Shown: positions 47,142 to 58,631, numbered from the stretch's first letter. The stretch is 64,000 bases of DNA from Actinomycetota bacterium (GCA_045805285.1 JBJMLN010000080.1:17705-81704), one strand, 5' to 3'. Notes: generated from the sequence alone by a model not told the origin. Made by a program: numbers and translations.

Positions 47142-50100
47142 GTGGCGAGCACGAGCGACAGCTTCGTCCACCTCCACACCCACACCGAGTTCTCGCTCCT
47201 CGACGGAGCCTCCCGTATCACCGCGCTCTTCGAGAAGGCCGCGGAGCTGCAGATGCCGGCGATCGCGGTCACCGACCACGGAGGGATGTTCGGTGCGCTG
47301 CAGTTCTACGAGGCCGGCCGCGCGACCGGCGTCAAGCCGATCCTGGGCGTGGAGGCGTACGTGGCCCCGGGCTCACGCTTCGACCGCACGCCCGGGGAGA
47401 GCGAGGAGAAGTACCGGCACCTCACGATCCTCGCGAAGGACGAGACCGGCTACCGGAACCTCCTCAAGCTCGTCACCGACGCGCACCTCGAGGGCTTCTA
47501 TCACCGGCCGCGCGTCGACAAGGCGCTGCTCGCCGAGCGCTCCGCCGGCCTGATCGGGCTCTCCGGCTGCCTGGCGAGCGAGACCGCGCAGCTCACGCTC
47601 AACGGTCAGCACGAGCGCGCCGCCGAGACCGTGGCCACGTACCGCGACATCTTCGGAGAGGGAAACTTCTACCTCGAGCTGCAGGACCACGGCCTCGCGG
47701 AGCAGCGGCAGATCCTGCGGCCGCTCGTGGAGCTCTCCGCGAAGACCGGTGTCCCGCTCGTCGCGACGAACGACATCCACTACACGGAGCGCGACGACGC
47801 CAAGCCGCACGACGTGCTCTTGTGCATCCAGCAGCAGAAGGTCCAGACGGACATGCGGCGTCTCCGCTTCGAGACCGAGGAGTTCTACCTGAAGAACGGC
47901 GAGGAGATGCGGCGCGTCTTCTCCGAGCTCCCCGGCGCGTGCGACGCGACGCTCGAGATCGCGGAGGCCTGCGACCTCACGCTCGTCTACGGCGACGCCG
48001 CTGCGCCGGAGGACCGGCTGCACCTGCCCGTGTTCCAGCCGCCCGACGGGATGGAGCGCGATGCGTTCCTGCGAACGCTCGTCCTCGAGGGCGCGACCGA
48101 GCGCTACGGAACGCTCACGCCGGAGATCCGCGCGCGGATCGACCATGAGCTCGACGTCATCTGCACGATGGGGTTCGCGGGCTACTTCCTGATCGTCTGG
48201 GACCTGATCCGGTTCGCGCGCGAGAGCGGCATCCGCGTCGGCCCCGGCCGAGGCTCGGCGGCCGGCTCCGTCGTGTCGTACGCGCTGCGCATCACCGACC
48301 TCGATCCGCTCCGCTACGACCTGATCTTCGAGCGCTTCCTGAACCCCGAGCGCAAGCAGATGCCGGACATCGACATGGACTTCGACGAGCGCCGCCGAGA
48401 CGAGGTGATCCGCTACGTCGCCGCGAAGTACGGCTCCGATCACGTCGCGCAGATCGTCACGTTCCAGACGATCAAGGGAAAGCAGGGCATCCGCGACGCC
48501 GCGCGGGTTCTCGGGTTCCCGGCGTCGGTCGGCGACCGGCTCTGCAAGATGTACCCACCGGCTGTGCTCGGCCGCGAGAAGACGATCGAGGTCGCGCTGA
48601 AGGAGTCGCCCGAGCTTCACTCCGCATACGGCAACGAGCCCGAGGCCAAGGAGATTGTCGACACCGCCCGCGCGCTCGAGGGTCTCCGCCGGGAGGACTC
48701 CGTCCACGCCGCCGGCGTCGTGATCGGCGACGCGCCGCTCGTGAACTACCTGCCGCTCAAGCTCTCGAAGGACTCCCGCGACGACAGCCGTCGGATCGTG
48801 ACGCAGTTCGACATGCACGGCGTGGAGAAGCTCGGCCTGCTGAAGATGGACTTCCTCGGGCTGCGCACGCTCTCGGTCATCGACGACACGATCGCGAACC
48901 TCCGGCGCGTCGGTGTCGAGGTCGACATCGATCACGTCGCGCTGGACGACGAGCCGACGTACGCGATGCTCCGCGAGGGCGACACGACCGGCGTGTTCCA
49001 GCTCGAGGGCGGGGGCATGCGCTCGCTGATCAAGAGCCTCGCGCCGGACCGGTTCGAGGACCTGATGGCGCTGAACGCGCTCTATCGTCCGGGGCCGCTC
49101 AACGCCGGGATGCACATCGAGTACGCGGAGCGCAAGCACGGGCGCCGCCCGGTCGTCTATCCGAACGACGACGTGACGGCCATCCTGGAGAGCACGTACG
49201 GGATCATGGTCTACCAGGAGCAGATCATGCAGATCGCCGTGCGGATGGCGGGCTACTCGATGGGTCAGGCCGACGAGCTCCGCCGTGTCATGGCGAAGAA
49301 GAAGCGTGAGCTCGTCCAGTCGGAGCGGGAGAAGTTCACCAAGGGTTGCCTCGAGGCGGGCTACGCCGAGTCTGCCGCCCGCCAGATCTTCGACCTGATC
49401 GAACCGTTCGCCGACTACGGCTTCCCCGCTGCGCACGCGTGCGCGTACGCCTACATCGCGTATCAGACCGCGTTCCTGAAGGCGCATCACCCGGTCGAGT
49501 TCATGTCGGCGATGCTGACGTCGGTCAAGGACGACAAGGACCGCAAGCCCTACTACCTCAACGCCTGCCGGCTGATGAACGTCGAGGTGCTCCCGCCGGA
49601 CGTCAACGAGTCGGAGCTCGACTTCACGCCGGCGCCCGGCGGGGAGCCGAAGATCCGCTACGGGCTCTCCGCGATCCGGAACGTCGGCGGAGGCGCGGTC
49701 GGGCAGATCCTCGCCGCCCGCAAGGAGAAGGGCGCGTTCATTTCGTTCGCGGACTTCTGCCGCAAGGTCGACCCGAGCGTCCTCACGAAGAAGGTCCTGG
49801 AGAGCCTGATCCTCTCGGGCGGATTCGACTCCCTGGGCTACACGCGCGGCGGCATGATGTCGAAGCCGACGCCCGATGCCCAGGCGGCGTGGGAGAAGAT
49901 CGCCGCGCCGATCTCCGCCGAGCGGAAGGCCGAGGCGGCGGGGCAGTTCTCGCTGTTCGGCGGCGGCGACCAGGCGGCCGCGGAGATCGACGAGTCCGTG
50001 CTCTCGGGAACGGAGTTCGACAAGCGGACGCTCCTGCGCCTGGAGAAGGAGATGCTCGGCCAGTTCGTGACCGACCACCCGCTCCTGGAGATCCGGGAGA

Positions 50101-50723
50101 CGCTCGCGGCGCAGTCGGACATGGAGATCCCCGAGGTCGCGGGCCTCGGCGACGGAGACATCGTGACCGTCGGCGGGATCGTGTCGTCGGTGAATCGCCG
50201 CTTCACGAAGTCGGGCGATCCGTATGCGGTGCTGCGGCTCGAGGACCTCACCGGCGGCATCGCGGTCGTGACGTTCCCGTCGGTGTTCCAACAGAGCCAG
50301 CCGCTCCTCGACGTCGACTCGATCGTGATGGTGAAGGGGCGCGTGGACCTCCGCGGGCGGGAGCTCCAGCTCGTCGCGCTCGACATCTCGGAGCCGGATC
50401 TCGGGGTCGTCGTGCTTCCGCCGAGCGACCCGGTCCTGGTGGAGGTTCCCGCCGCGGTGTGCACCTCCGGCATGATCGCGAAGCTCAAGGAGACCCTCGC
50501 GGGACATCCGGGAAGTGCGCCCGTGCATCTTCGCGTCGTCGGGGCGGGCGGCGTGACGCCGCTTCGTCTGGGAGAAGAGCTGTGCGTCGACCCGACGGCG
50601 GGGTTGCTGTCGGAACTCCGGACGCTCCTCGGCAACGACGCCGTCCGCGTCGAGTCCCCCCCGCGCGCTCCGGCCGCGTCGTCGAACGGGCACGCGCCGG
50701 CGTTCGCAACGCCGGCTCGCTGA
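47142..50723 (+). CDS. dnaE: DNA polymerase III subunit alpha (replicative DnaE1)
   Basis: Intact PHP motif FVHLHTHTEFSLLDGAS, full Pol III alpha core (GSAAGSVVSYAL, FDMHGVEKLGLLKMDFLGL, PDIDMDF), an OB-fold, and a C-terminal extension. GTG start with the RBS AGGGGG. Confidence 0.9.
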   Translation: MASTSDSFVHLHTHTEFSLLDGASRITALFEKAAELQMPAIAVTDHGGMFGALQFYEAGRATGVKPILGVEAYVAPGSRFDRTPGESEEKYRHLTILAKDETGYRNLLKLVTDAHLEGFYHRPRVDKALLAERSAGLIGLSGCLASETAQLTLNGQHERAAETVATYRDIFGEGNFYLELQDHGLAEQRQILRPLVELSAKTGVPLVATNDIHYTERDDAKPHDVLLCIQQQKVQTDMRRLRFETEEFYLKNGEEMRRVFSELPGACDATLEIAEACDLTLVYGDAAAPEDRLHLPVFQPPDGMERDAFLRTLVLEGATERYGTLTPEIRARIDHELDVICTMGFAGYFLIVWDLIRFARESGIRVGPGRGSAAGSVVSYALRITDLDPLRYDLIFERFLNPERKQMPDIDMDFDERRRDEVIRYVAAKYGSDHVAQIVTFQTIKGKQGIRDAARVLGFPASVGDRLCKMYPPAVLGREKTIEVALKESPELHSAYGNEPEAKEIVDTARALEGLRREDSVHAAGVVIGDAPLVNYLPLKLSKDSRDDSRRIVTQFDMHGVEKLGLLKMDFLGLRTLSVIDDTIANLRRVGVEVDIDHVALDDEPTYAMLREGDTTGVFQLEGGGMRSLIKSLAPDRFEDLMALNALYRPGPLNAGMHIEYAERKHGRRPVVYPNDDVTAILESTYGIMVYQEQIMQIAVRMAGYSMGQADELRRVMAKKKRELVQSEREKFTKGCLEAGYAESAARQIFDLIEPFADYGFPAAHACAYAYIAYQTAFLKAHHPVEFMSAMLTSVKDDKDRKPYYLNACRLMNVEVLPPDVNESELDFTPAPGGEPKIRYGLSAIRNVGGGAVGQILAARKEKGAFISFADFCRKVDPSVLTKKVLESLILSGGFDSLGYTRGGMMSKPTPDAQAAWEKIAAPISAERKAEAAGQFSLFGGGDQAAAEIDESVLSGTEFDKRTLLRLEKEMLGQFVTDHPLLEIRETLAAQSDMEIPEVAGLGDGDIVTVGGIVSSVNRRFTKSGDPYAVLRLEDLTGGIAVVTFPSVFQQSQPLLDVDSIVMVKGRVDLRGRELQLVALDISEPDLGVVVLPPSDPVLVEVPAAVCTSGMIAKLKETLAGHPGSAPVHLRVVGAGGVTPLRLGEELCVDPTAGLLSELRTLLGNDAVRVESPPRAPAASSNGHAPAFATPAR

Positions 50724-50734
50724 CGTCCGTTCCG

Positions 50735-51466
50735 GTGCCGTTCGAGGTCGTTCCGGCCGTCGACGTCGCCGGCGGGCGGCTCGCGAGGCTCACGCACGAA
50801 GGCCCCGCGCCGGTGGAAGACTTCGGTGGAGATCCCGTCGCAGCCGCACGCGCGTTCATCGGCGAGGGGGCGGGTCGGCTCCACGTCGTCGACATGGATC
50901 GAGCCCTCGGCTCGGGGGAGAACGTCGAGGTGCTGGCACGGATCGCGGATCTCGGCGTTCCGGTGCAGGCGAGCGGCGGCATCGCGACGACGGACGATGC
51001 TCGCAGGGCACTCGACCGTGGCGCGGGACGCGTCGTTCTCAGCTCTCGGGCGCTTGCGGATCGCGATGCGTTCGAACGCCTCGTCGAAGGGCTCGCAGCA
51101 GCTGTCGTCGTCGGATTGGAGCTCGACGGTCCTAGGATCCGTCCGCGGGGCGTAGCATCCGACACAGCGGTGATCGATCTCGACGTCATGGAAACGACGG
51201 CCTGGCTCGCCGAGACCGACGCGCCCCGGTACCTCGTCACGGACCTCGGCCGGCTCGGGAGCGCGAGCGGCCCGGACCTCGTCCACATCCGCTGGCTCGC
51301 GATGACGCTCGGGAGGCCCCTCCTCGTCGCGGGAGGGATCGCCACGGCGGAGGACGTCCGCGCGCTCACCTCGCTCGGGCCTCCGCTCGAAGGGGCCGTC
51401 GTCGGGAGCGCTCTCTACGGAGGTGGCGCCTCCCTGAAGGACCTCCTCGAGGCCGCTCGGGCCTGA
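50735..51466 (+). CDS. HisA/PriA-family (beta-alpha)8 phosphoribosyl isomerase (HisA and/or TrpF activity)
   Basis: Aligns with mycobacterial PriA/HisA: VVPAVDVAGGRLARL (catalytic Asp), LHVVDMDRA, SGGIATTDD, LVTDLGRLGS, VAGGIATAEDV. Starts 12 nt after the dnaE1 stop and is followed by trpC-trpB-trpA. Confidence 0.75.
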   Translation: MPFEVVPAVDVAGGRLARLTHEGPAPVEDFGGDPVAAARAFIGEGAGRLHVVDMDRALGSGENVEVLARIADLGVPVQASGGIATTDDARRALDRGAGRVVLSSRALADRDAFERLVEGLAAAVVVGLELDGPRIRPRGVASDTAVIDLDVMETTAWLAETDAPRYLVTDLGRLGSASGPDLVHIRWLAMTLGRPLLVAGGIATAEDVRALTSLGPPLEGAVVGSALYGGGASLKDLLEAARA

Positions 51467-51530
51467 CGCCCGGGGACCCGCGTCGGGCCGTGCGTGGTCG
51501 GGGCGCGACCTCGCTCCCTACAATCGCCGG

Positions 51531-52304
51531 ATGGGATTCCTCTCCGATCTCGTCTCCCGTCGTCGTGCGGAGCTCGAGGAGCGCCCTCTCGACGACGAGT
51601 CGCTCCGTGTCGCCGCAGCGTCGGCGCCGCCCGCGAAGGACTTCGAGGCGGCGCTCCGAGGCCCCGGCGTTGCCCTGATCGCGGAGGTGAAGCGGTCGTC
51701 CCCGTCCGCGGGCGCGATCGCGGAGACCGAGCCGGAGGAGCGTGCGCGGACGTACACGCGAGGCGGCGCCGCCGCGATCTCGGTGCTGACGGAGACGGAG
51801 CACTTCAGCGGATCGATGGACGATCTCCGCGCCGCTCGAGCCGCCACCGACCTTCCGCTCCTGCGGAAGGATTTCCTCATCGCGCCGGCACAGCTGGCGG
51901 AGGCCCGCGCGGCCGGCGCCGATGCGGTCCTGGTCATCGCCGCCGCGGTCACGGACGACGAGCTGGCGGCGCTCCTGCAGACCGCCAAGGAGCTGGAGCT
52001 CTCCGCGTTGGTCGAGGCGCACGGCGAGGATGATCTCGAGCGAGCCCTCACCGCGGGTGCACCGATCGTCGGCATCAACGCACGCGATCTGGAAACGCTC
52101 GACGTCGACGAGGATCGCGCGCTGCGACTCCTCGAGGGGGTTCCACGCGACCGGGCGCGGGTGTTCGAGAGCGGCATCGCGATGCGCGCCCAGGTGCAGC
52201 GCGCCGTGGACGCCGGTGCGGACGCCGTGCTCGTCGGCGAGCACCTGATGCGCTCCGCCGATCCGGCCGCGGCGATCGCGGAGCTGCGGGGGACGCGGTC
52301 GTGA
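51531..52304 (+). CDS. trpC: indole-3-glycerol phosphate synthase TrpC
   Basis: IGPS motifs ([43 protein letters not shown]). Confidence 0.9.
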   Translation: MGFLSDLVSRRRAELEERPLDDESLRVAAASAPPAKDFEAALRGPGVALIAEVKRSSPSAGAIAETEPEERARTYTRGGAAAISVLTETEHFSGSMDDLRAARAATDLPLLRKDFLIAPAQLAEARAAGADAVLVIAAAVTDDELAALLQTAKELELSALVEAHGEDDLERALTAGAPIVGINARDLETLDVDEDRALRLLEGVPRDRARVFESGIAMRAQVQRAVDAGADAVLVGEHLMRSADPAAAIAELRGTRS

Positions 52305-53503
52305 GCGCGCGAACGATCTCGAGCCCCGACGCCGGAGGACGCTTCGGCGCCTACGGAGGCCGCTACGTTCCCGAGGTCCTCATCCCGGCGCTCGAGGAGC
52401 TCGGCGCGGCGTGGAACGAGCTCCGCGAGGATGCGTCGTTCCGCGGCGAGCTGGACGGGCTCCTTCGCGACTTCGTCGGACGGCCGACGCCGCTGACGTT
52501 CGCGTCCCGGCTCTCCGAGCGCACCGGCTACCGCGTATTCCTGAAACGCGAGGACCTCGCGCACACGGGGGCGCACAAGATCAACAACACGGTCGGACAG
52601 GTCCTGCTCGCGAAGCGCCTCGGCAAGCAGCGGATCATCGCGGAGACGGGCGCCGGGCAGCACGGCGTCGCGACCGCGACCGCATGCGCGCTCTTCGGCC
52701 TCCCCTGCGTGGTGTACATGGGCGAGGAGGACACCCGCCGTCAGGCGGTGAACGTGACGCGGATGCAGCTCCTCGGCGCCGAGGTCGTCCCGGTCACCGA
52801 GGGGAGCGCGACGCTCAAGGAGGCGATCAACGAGGCGCTTCGCGACTGGGCGGCGAGCGTCCGGACGACGCACTACGTGATCGGATCCGTCGTCGGGCCC
52901 CATCCCTTCCCGGAGCTCGTCCGCGATCTCCAACGCGTGATCGGGGACGAGGCCCGAGCGCAGTACGCCGAGCGCGAGGGGGGCGACCCCGACGTGGTCG
53001 CCGCGTGCGTCGGAGGCGGGAGCAACGCGATGGGGATGTTCACGGCGTTCGTCGCGAGCGGCGCGCGCATCGTCGGCGTGGAGGCCGGCGGCCGCGGGAA
53101 CGCGCTCGGGGAGCACTGCTCCTCCTTGACGCTCGGGGAGCCCGGAGTGCTCCACGGCGCCCTCTCCTATCTCCTGCAGGACGCCGACGGCCAGATCGCG
53201 GGAACACACTCGATCTCCGCGGGGCTCGACTACCCGGGCGTGGGGCCGGAGCACAGCTACCTGAAGGACTCCGGGCTCGCGGAATACGTCTCGGCCAGCG
53301 ACGAGGACGCGCTCGCCGGCTTCTCCGAGCTCGCCCGCACGGAGGGCATCCTTCCCGCGCTCGAGCCCTCGCATGTGATCGGCTGGCTCCTCCGCAAGCC
53401 GCTCCCGGAGGGAAGCTCGGTGCTGGTGTGTCTCTCCGGCCGCGGCGACAAGGACCTGGAGACGGTGCGGCGCGCGCTCGCGGACGGAACCCCGCGTGGG
53501 TGA
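52301..53503 (+). CDS. trpB: tryptophan synthase beta subunit TrpB
   Basis: GRYVPE…[16 protein letters not shown] (PLP-Lys), [22 protein letters not shown] overlap with trpC. Confidence 0.95.
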   Translation: MSARTISSPDAGGRFGAYGGRYVPEVLIPALEELGAAWNELREDASFRGELDGLLRDFVGRPTPLTFASRLSERTGYRVFLKREDLAHTGAHKINNTVGQVLLAKRLGKQRIIAETGAGQHGVATATACALFGLPCVVYMGEEDTRRQAVNVTRMQLLGAEVVPVTEGSATLKEAINEALRDWAASVRTTHYVIGSVVGPHPFPELVRDLQRVIGDEARAQYAEREGGDPDVVAACVGGGSNAMGMFTAFVASGARIVGVEAGGRGNALGEHCSSLTLGEPGVLHGALSYLLQDADGQIAGTHSISAGLDYPGVGPEHSYLKDSGLAEYVSASDEDALAGFSELARTEGILPALEPSHVIGWLLRKPLPEGSSVLVCLSGRGDKDLETVRRALADGTPRG

Positions 53504-54284
53504 GGACGACCTCCGCGCCTCCCTTCGCGGGCGGCTCGATGCCGGCGGCCGCATCTTCGTTCCGTACGTGACCGGTGGATTGCCGTCCGTCGACGCGGAG
53601 CTGCTCCGCGGCGTCGCCAAGGCCGGCGCCGACGCGATCGAGGTGGGGATCCCGTTCTCCGATCCGGTCATCGACGGCGCCGTGATCCAGACGGCGTCGC
53701 AGCTCGCGCTCGAGGCCGGTGCGACGCCGTCGAAGGTCCTCGGGACGATCGCCGAGGCTGCGATCGACGTGCCGGTGGTGGTGATGACGTACCTGAACCC
53801 GGTCTACCGCCACGGGATGGAGGGATTCCTCCGCGAGGCGGTGGAGGCCGGCGTCTCCGGTGTGATCGTTCCGGATCTCCCGGTCGACGAGGCGTCGGAA
53901 TGGATCGTGGCGTGCTCCTCCGCCGGTCTTGCGCCGGTCTTCCTCGCAGCTCCGGGAACGAGTGACGCGCGCCTCCGCGACGTCGCGAGCGCGTCGCGCG
54001 GGTTCGTCTACTGCGTCGCAACCTACGGGGTCACCGGAGAGCGCGCGGCGTTGGAGGAGACGTCGCGGGCGCTCGTCGAAAGGCTGCGCCCGTTCGCGAC
54101 CGAGCCGCTGATCGTCGGCGTCGGCATCGGAACGCCCTCGCAGGCGACGGAGGCGTGTGGTTTCGCCGACGGCGTCATCGTCGGCACGGCGATCGTCCGC
54201 GCGCTGCTCGAGGACGGGCCCGACGCGATGGTCGCTCGCGTCTCGGCGTTCCGGGATGCGATCCCGCTGGGCGCGGGCGCGTGA
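53496..54284 (+). CDS. trpA: tryptophan synthase alpha subunit TrpA
   Basis: [37 protein letters not shown] motifs. 8-nt overlap with trpB. Confidence 0.9.
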   Translation: MGEDDLRASLRGRLDAGGRIFVPYVTGGLPSVDAELLRGVAKAGADAIEVGIPFSDPVIDGAVIQTASQLALEAGATPSKVLGTIAEAAIDVPVVVMTYLNPVYRHGMEGFLREAVEAGVSGVIVPDLPVDEASEWIVACSSAGLAPVFLAAPGTSDARLRDVASASRGFVYCVATYGVTGERAALEETSRALVERLRPFATEPLIVGVGIGTPSQATEACGFADGVIVGTAIVRALLEDGPDAMVARVSAFRDAIPLGAGA

Positions 54285-54297
54285 GCGGCTCACCGGG

Positions 54298-54381
54298 TGC
54301 CGGGAGAGGGACTCGAACCCTCACGGGCCGAAGCCCACGGCATTTTGAGTGCCGCGTGTCTTCCAGTTCCACCACCCCGGC
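54298..54381 (-). tRNA. tRNA-Leu (anticodon CAA)
   Basis: Reverse complement folds as a class-II tRNA: acceptor GCCGGGG/TCCCGGC, D-arm, anticodon stem CGGCA/TGCCG with loop CTCAAAA (anticodon CAA), long variable arm GGGCTTCGGCCC, T-arm GAGGG-TTCGAGT-CCCTC, discriminator A. CCA is not encoded. Confidence 0.8.
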
Positions 54382-54467
54382 GGGGGAGTCGCGCAGCGAG
54401 CGTCCTGTTGCGCGGTCGTAGCCTACAGGGCCTCCGGCGCGGCTCCGGACGGCGGAGACCTCACGAC

Positions 54468-55625
54468 GTGCGGCGCCGTGCGGTCGTGGTTCCCGTCGTT
54501 CTGCTCGCGCTCGTCGCCTGCACCGACCCGGCGTCCCGTCCGGAGGCAGGCGCCTCGGCGACGCCGCCGGCCAGCCTCAAGATCGCTTATCTGGAGAACC
54601 TCGCGCCGGAGGGGGCGTTCGAGCGCGTCGTTCCGGCGTTCTACGGCGCGAAGCTGGCGGTCGACCAGGCGCTCGCGAGCGGCGATCTTCCGATCCCGGT
54701 GGAGATCGTCCCGCAGGACATCGGCGACCCGGCGCGGATGGAGGAGGTCCTCTCCGAGGACGCCGCGGATCCGTCCTACGTCGGCGCGATGGTCTCTCCC
54801 TTCTGGAGCGAGCCGCCGGCGGTGGGGGAGCGCCTCTCCGCCGCCGGAATCCCGACGATCTCGCTCTCGGCGGTCAATCCGGACGCCTCCTCCTGGCGGG
54901 CGTGGTACTCGGCGGTCGCGCCGCTCGCGGATCAGGCTGCCGGCGTGGCGGAACGGCTGGCCGGCTCGAAGAACGGTCGGAAAGGCGTCTGCGTCGCGAG
55001 CGACGGATCCGGCTACGGAACGGGGTTCGTCCGCGCCTTCGAGCGGAATCGCGACGTCGACGTGGTCGCGCGCAGCACGATTCCTTCAGAGCAGGTGATG
55101 CCGGCCGCCGTCCTCCACGCGATCCGATCCTCGAGATGTGCGGCGCTCGCGTACGGGGGATTCGGCTCCGATGCCGGGCTCATCCGGATCCAGCTCGACG
55201 CCGCCGGGCTCTCGCATGTCAGGCTCGCGGGGTCCGACGCGATCCGCGGCCACACGTTCCTCGACGTGACCGGGCCGTCCGGAGACGGGACGATCGCATC
55301 GTGCTCGTGCGCGGACCTCGGGGTGGCGCCGAACCTGCCGGGCCAGCAGTTCATCCACGATTTTCAGTCGGAGTACGGGACATCGCCGCCGGCATACGCG
55401 GTCGAGGGGTGGGACGTCGCGCGGATGTTCGGCACGATGATCCGTTCCGGAGCGCATACACGAAGCTCCATCGCCGATGCGATCGCGTCGCGGGACTCGT
55501 TCGACGGGCTGGTCCACAGCTATGCGTTCACGAGGTCGGGGGAGCTCGCACCCTCCTCACGGGTCGTCGCTCTCGACGTCGCCGAGGGAGGACGCTGGCT
55601 CACGGCGGGGACATCCAAGCACTGA
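54468..55625 (+). CDS. periplasmic-binding-protein type 1 lipoprotein (Leu/Ile/Val-binding-protein-like ABC substrate-binding protein)
   Basis: Lipoprotein signal VVLLALVAC, then a PBP1/ANF-receptor-like fold. GTG 54468 chosen because the track start 54297 would overlap the tRNA. No cognate permease is adjacent. Confidence 0.65.
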   Translation: MRRRAVVVPVVLLALVACTDPASRPEAGASATPPASLKIAYLENLAPEGAFERVVPAFYGAKLAVDQALASGDLPIPVEIVPQDIGDPARMEEVLSEDAADPSYVGAMVSPFWSEPPAVGERLSAAGIPTISLSAVNPDASSWRAWYSAVAPLADQAAGVAERLAGSKNGRKGVCVASDGSGYGTGFVRAFERNRDVDVVARSTIPSEQVMPAAVLHAIRSSRCAALAYGGFGSDAGLIRIQLDAAGLSHVRLAGSDAIRGHTFLDVTGPSGDGTIASCSCADLGVAPNLPGQQFIHDFQSEYGTSPPAYAVEGWDVARMFGTMIRSGAHTRSSIADAIASRDSFDGLVHSYAFTRSGELAPSSRVVALDVAEGGRWLTAGTSKH

Positions 55626-55749
55626 AGCACCGTTCAGAACATCGGTTCGCAGTTCCATTGTCTCCGGAGAACGCCGCTCCTATAGTCGGCCGAAGGGCGC
55701 GAGGGGGTTCTCCGAGGACGCGCCTTCCAGCGGTCACGAGGAGGAGACG

Positions 55750-56649
55750 GTGCCCGGACGAACGCTCAGGCTGGTCGTTCCATTGCTGGCGACGCTTGCG
55801 CTGGTGGGGAGCGCGTGCGGAAGCAATGACAACGGCAATCCTCCGGCTGCCGGAGGAGGCGGAGGCAGCTCGACTGCCGGTGGGCCGCCCTCGTTCACCA
55901 CGTTGAAATCAGGCGTCCTCCAGGTGGGGTCATGCTTGGACTATCCGCCGTTCGAGCTCGTGAAGAACGGCAACGAAACCGGCTTCGACGTCGACATCAC
56001 CGACGCGATCGCCAAGAAGCTCGGGCTCCAGGTGCAGTGGGTGAAGGCGAACTTCAACACGATCTTCACCGCCGTCGCCGGGCATCAGTTCGACATGGTC
56101 GCGGCCGCCGTGACGGCGACGGGAAAGACGGGCGCCAAGCGAGCGCAGACCGTCGATTTCTCCGACTACTACTACGACTCGCTCCAGTCGCTGACCGTCA
56201 ACCCGACGAAGACGCCCTCGATCACGTCAGCGGACCAGCTGAGCTCCGGGGACGTCGTCGGTGTCCAGAAGGGAACAACGGGAGAGGCTTGGGCTCAGGA
56301 CAACCTCGCGCCGAAGGGCGTCCAGATCAAGTCCTATACGGCATCTCCGGACTCGTTCCGCGACCTCGAGGGCGGAGCCATCCAGGGCGTCATCAACGAC
56401 GATCCGTCCTCCGAGGCGATCGTCGCGACGCAGTTCCCCGACCTCAAGGTCGTCCAGACGATCGACACGAACGAGAAGTACGCGCTGGCCTTCGCGAAGG
56501 ACACACCGGATCTCGTCGCAGCGGTGGACTGGGCCCTCAAGCAGATCGTCGCGGACGGGGAGTACGACCAGATCTTCAAGAAATACTTCCCGCACGGCCA
56601 GCTTCCGACGGAGTTCGCGCCATCAGGTTCCGCGTCGGCATCTCCGTAG
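55750..56649 (+). CDS. polar amino-acid ABC transporter substrate-binding lipoprotein (SBP family 3)
   Basis: Lipobox LALVGSAC and the SBP_bac_3 fold (…GFDVDITDAIAKKLG…). The RBS GAGGAGGAGA sits before GTG 55750. Confidence 0.8.
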   Translation: MPGRTLRLVVPLLATLALVGSACGSNDNGNPPAAGGGGGSSTAGGPPSFTTLKSGVLQVGSCLDYPPFELVKNGNETGFDVDITDAIAKKLGLQVQWVKANFNTIFTAVAGHQFDMVAAAVTATGKTGAKRAQTVDFSDYYYDSLQSLTVNPTKTPSITSADQLSSGDVVGVQKGTTGEAWAQDNLAPKGVQIKSYTASPDSFRDLEGGAIQGVINDDPSSEAIVATQFPDLKVVQTIDTNEKYALAFAKDTPDLVAAVDWALKQIVADGEYDQIFKKYFPHGQLPTEFAPSGSASASP

Positions 56650-56712
56650 ACTCCAAGCCGCGGGCGATCCTCGCGGCTCCGCGAGTCGTGCTGCGGGGAG
56701 ACTGAGGACCTG

Positions 56713-57894
56713 ATGGCGACAACCGCGGAGACGGGTCGCTTGACAGACACACCGCCCGACGTTGGCGGGCCGACTTCTCCGTTGCCCGCGTCGGTCTTGG
56801 GCCTGGGGATCGTCGCGCTGAGCGTCGTCCTCGGTGGAACCTTGGCCCTCCAGATCGGGTGGGCTCTCTCCGGTGGGTCCCTCACGGCGGAATGTCAGGC
56901 CGCGGGGCTCACTCCGTTCGTGCCCCAGAGTGCGAGCGGGCCCGCGCACGGGATCATCGGTGCGAAGGGTGTCTGCAACATCGTCACTGCCATCACATCC
57001 CCGGAGCAGACGGCGCTCCTGTTGATCGGCGTCGCGTCGGCGCTGGTGGCCATCGTGCTCGGGTTCGGCTGGTACGGGCGGATGGATTCGAAGCGCAAGC
57101 GCGACGAGTGCATCACCGGAGCGGTGCTCGGGATCCAGGCCATCGCATTGGCGGGACTCCTCCAGTGGTACCGCTCAGGGTCGCCGGAGAAGTTCGCCAG
57201 GCAGTTCCTGAACTTCGATCTTCTCCATGGCACGCTCCACGGGTTCCTGGTCGGGGCAAAGAACACGCTGGCCCTCGCCTTCGCCGGCGAGGCGGGCGGC
57301 ATCGTCATTGGGGTGCTCCTGGCACTTCTCGTGCTTTCGGATCGCCGGGCGGTGCGAGCCCCCGCGAGGACGTACATCAACTTCTTCCGCGGCACCCCCC
57401 TGATCTGGCAGCTAACCGTCTTCTACTTCGGCTTTCTCCTCGGGCTCCAGCTCCACATTTCGGCCTTCGTGGCGGCGGCCATCGTCTTCATGCTGAACAC
57501 GGGAGCGTATGCGGCGGAGGTCTTTCGCGCGGGGATCCAATCGATCGAGCGCGGTCAGATCGAAGCGGCGCGATCGCTCGGGATGACGTACATCCAGGCC
57601 ATGCGCTACGCGATCGTCCCACAGGCGGTACGGAGGGTGATCCCTCCGCTGATGAACGAGTTCGTGATCCTCATCAAGGACACCGCATTGATCGTCGTTC
57701 TCGGCCTCCTGCCTACCCAGCTGGACCTCTTCAATTTCGCTTCGTCGGGTTACTCCGCATTCGGAAACGCCACGTTCTTCGTGGGCGCTGCCATCGGGTA
57801 TCTCGTCATCACGCTGCCGTTGATCGGCCTCGTGAACTGGGCGGAGCGCCGGCTCCGGAGCGGCCTCGTGGGTGTGGGAGGGGTGGGGATGTGA
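56713..57894 (+). CDS. amino-acid ABC transporter permease (His/Glu/Gln/Arg/opine family) with long N-terminal TM extension
   Basis: C-terminal about 220 aa holds the HisM/GlnP core with the EAA-like loop (…[32 protein letters not shown]…). The N-terminal about 170 aa adds extra hydrophobic helices. Confidence 0.8.
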   Translation: MATTAETGRLTDTPPDVGGPTSPLPASVLGLGIVALSVVLGGTLALQIGWALSGGSLTAECQAAGLTPFVPQSASGPAHGIIGAKGVCNIVTAITSPEQTALLLIGVASALVAIVLGFGWYGRMDSKRKRDECITGAVLGIQAIALAGLLQWYRSGSPEKFARQFLNFDLLHGTLHGFLVGAKNTLALAFAGEAGGIVIGVLLALLVLSDRRAVRAPARTYINFFRGTPLIWQLTVFYFGFLLGLQLHISAFVAAAIVFMLNTGAYAAEVFRAGIQSIERGQIEAARSLGMTYIQAMRYAIVPQAVRRVIPPLMNEFVILIKDTALIVVLGLLPTQLDLFNFASSGYSAFGNATFFVGAAIGYLVITLPLIGLVNWAERRLRSGLVGVGGVGM

Positions 57895-58631
57895 ATGACG
57901 ACGGGTCGCTCCTGCGCCTCGAGGGCATCCACAAGTGGTTCGGAGACCACCACGTTCTGAAGGGCCTCGGCCTCACGCTTCGAACGGGCGATGTTCTCGT
58001 CGTGATCGGTCCTTCCGGGTCGGGGAAGTCGACGCTCCTCCGGTGTTCCAACCTCCTGGAGACGCCGACACTCGGCAAGGTGTGGTTCGACGGCAAAGAG
58101 CTCACCGACATCCGAACCGACGTCAACGAGGCCCGGACCCATATCGGCATCGTCTTCCAGGCCTACAACCTCTTCCCGCATATGACTGCTCTGGGAAACA
58201 TCACCGTCGCGTTGGAAAAGGTCCTGAAGATGTCATCCGAGGATGCGAGATCGGCGGCCTTCGAACAGCTTGGACGTGTCGGTCTCTCTGAGAAGGCCGA
58301 TGCGTACCCCGGCCGTCTCTCCGGCGGTCAGCAACAGCGCGTGGCGATCGCGAGAGCGCTCGCGATGAAGCCGAAGCTGATGCTCTTCGACGAGGTGACG
58401 TCGGCGCTCGACCCGGAGCTCGTCGGAGAGGTTCTCGAGGTGATGCAGCGGCTCGCGCAGGACGGCATGACCATGATGGTCGTGACGCACGAGATGGGGT
58501 TCGCCCGTGAGGTCGGGACCCACATGATGTTCATGGACGAGGGCGAGATCGTCGAGGAGGGAGAGCCTCGGGCGATGTTCGACGCGCCACAGCACGAGAG
58601 GACGAAGCGGTTCCTCTCCAAGGTGCTCTGA
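57891..58631 (+). CDS. amino-acid ABC transporter ATP-binding protein
   Basis: Walker [11 protein letters not shown]-loop, signature [15 protein letters not shown], Walker [14 protein letters not shown]-loop. GTGA overlap with the permease. Confidence 0.9.
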   Translation: MNDDGSLLRLEGIHKWFGDHHVLKGLGLTLRTGDVLVVIGPSGSGKSTLLRCSNLLETPTLGKVWFDGKELTDIRTDVNEARTHIGIVFQAYNLFPHMTALGNITVALEKVLKMSSEDARSAAFEQLGRVGLSEKADAYPGRLSGGQQQRVAIARALAMKPKLMLFDEVTSALDPELVGEVLEVMQRLAQDGMTMMVVTHEMGFAREVGTHMMFMDEGEIVEEGEPRAMFDAPQHERTKRFLSKVL

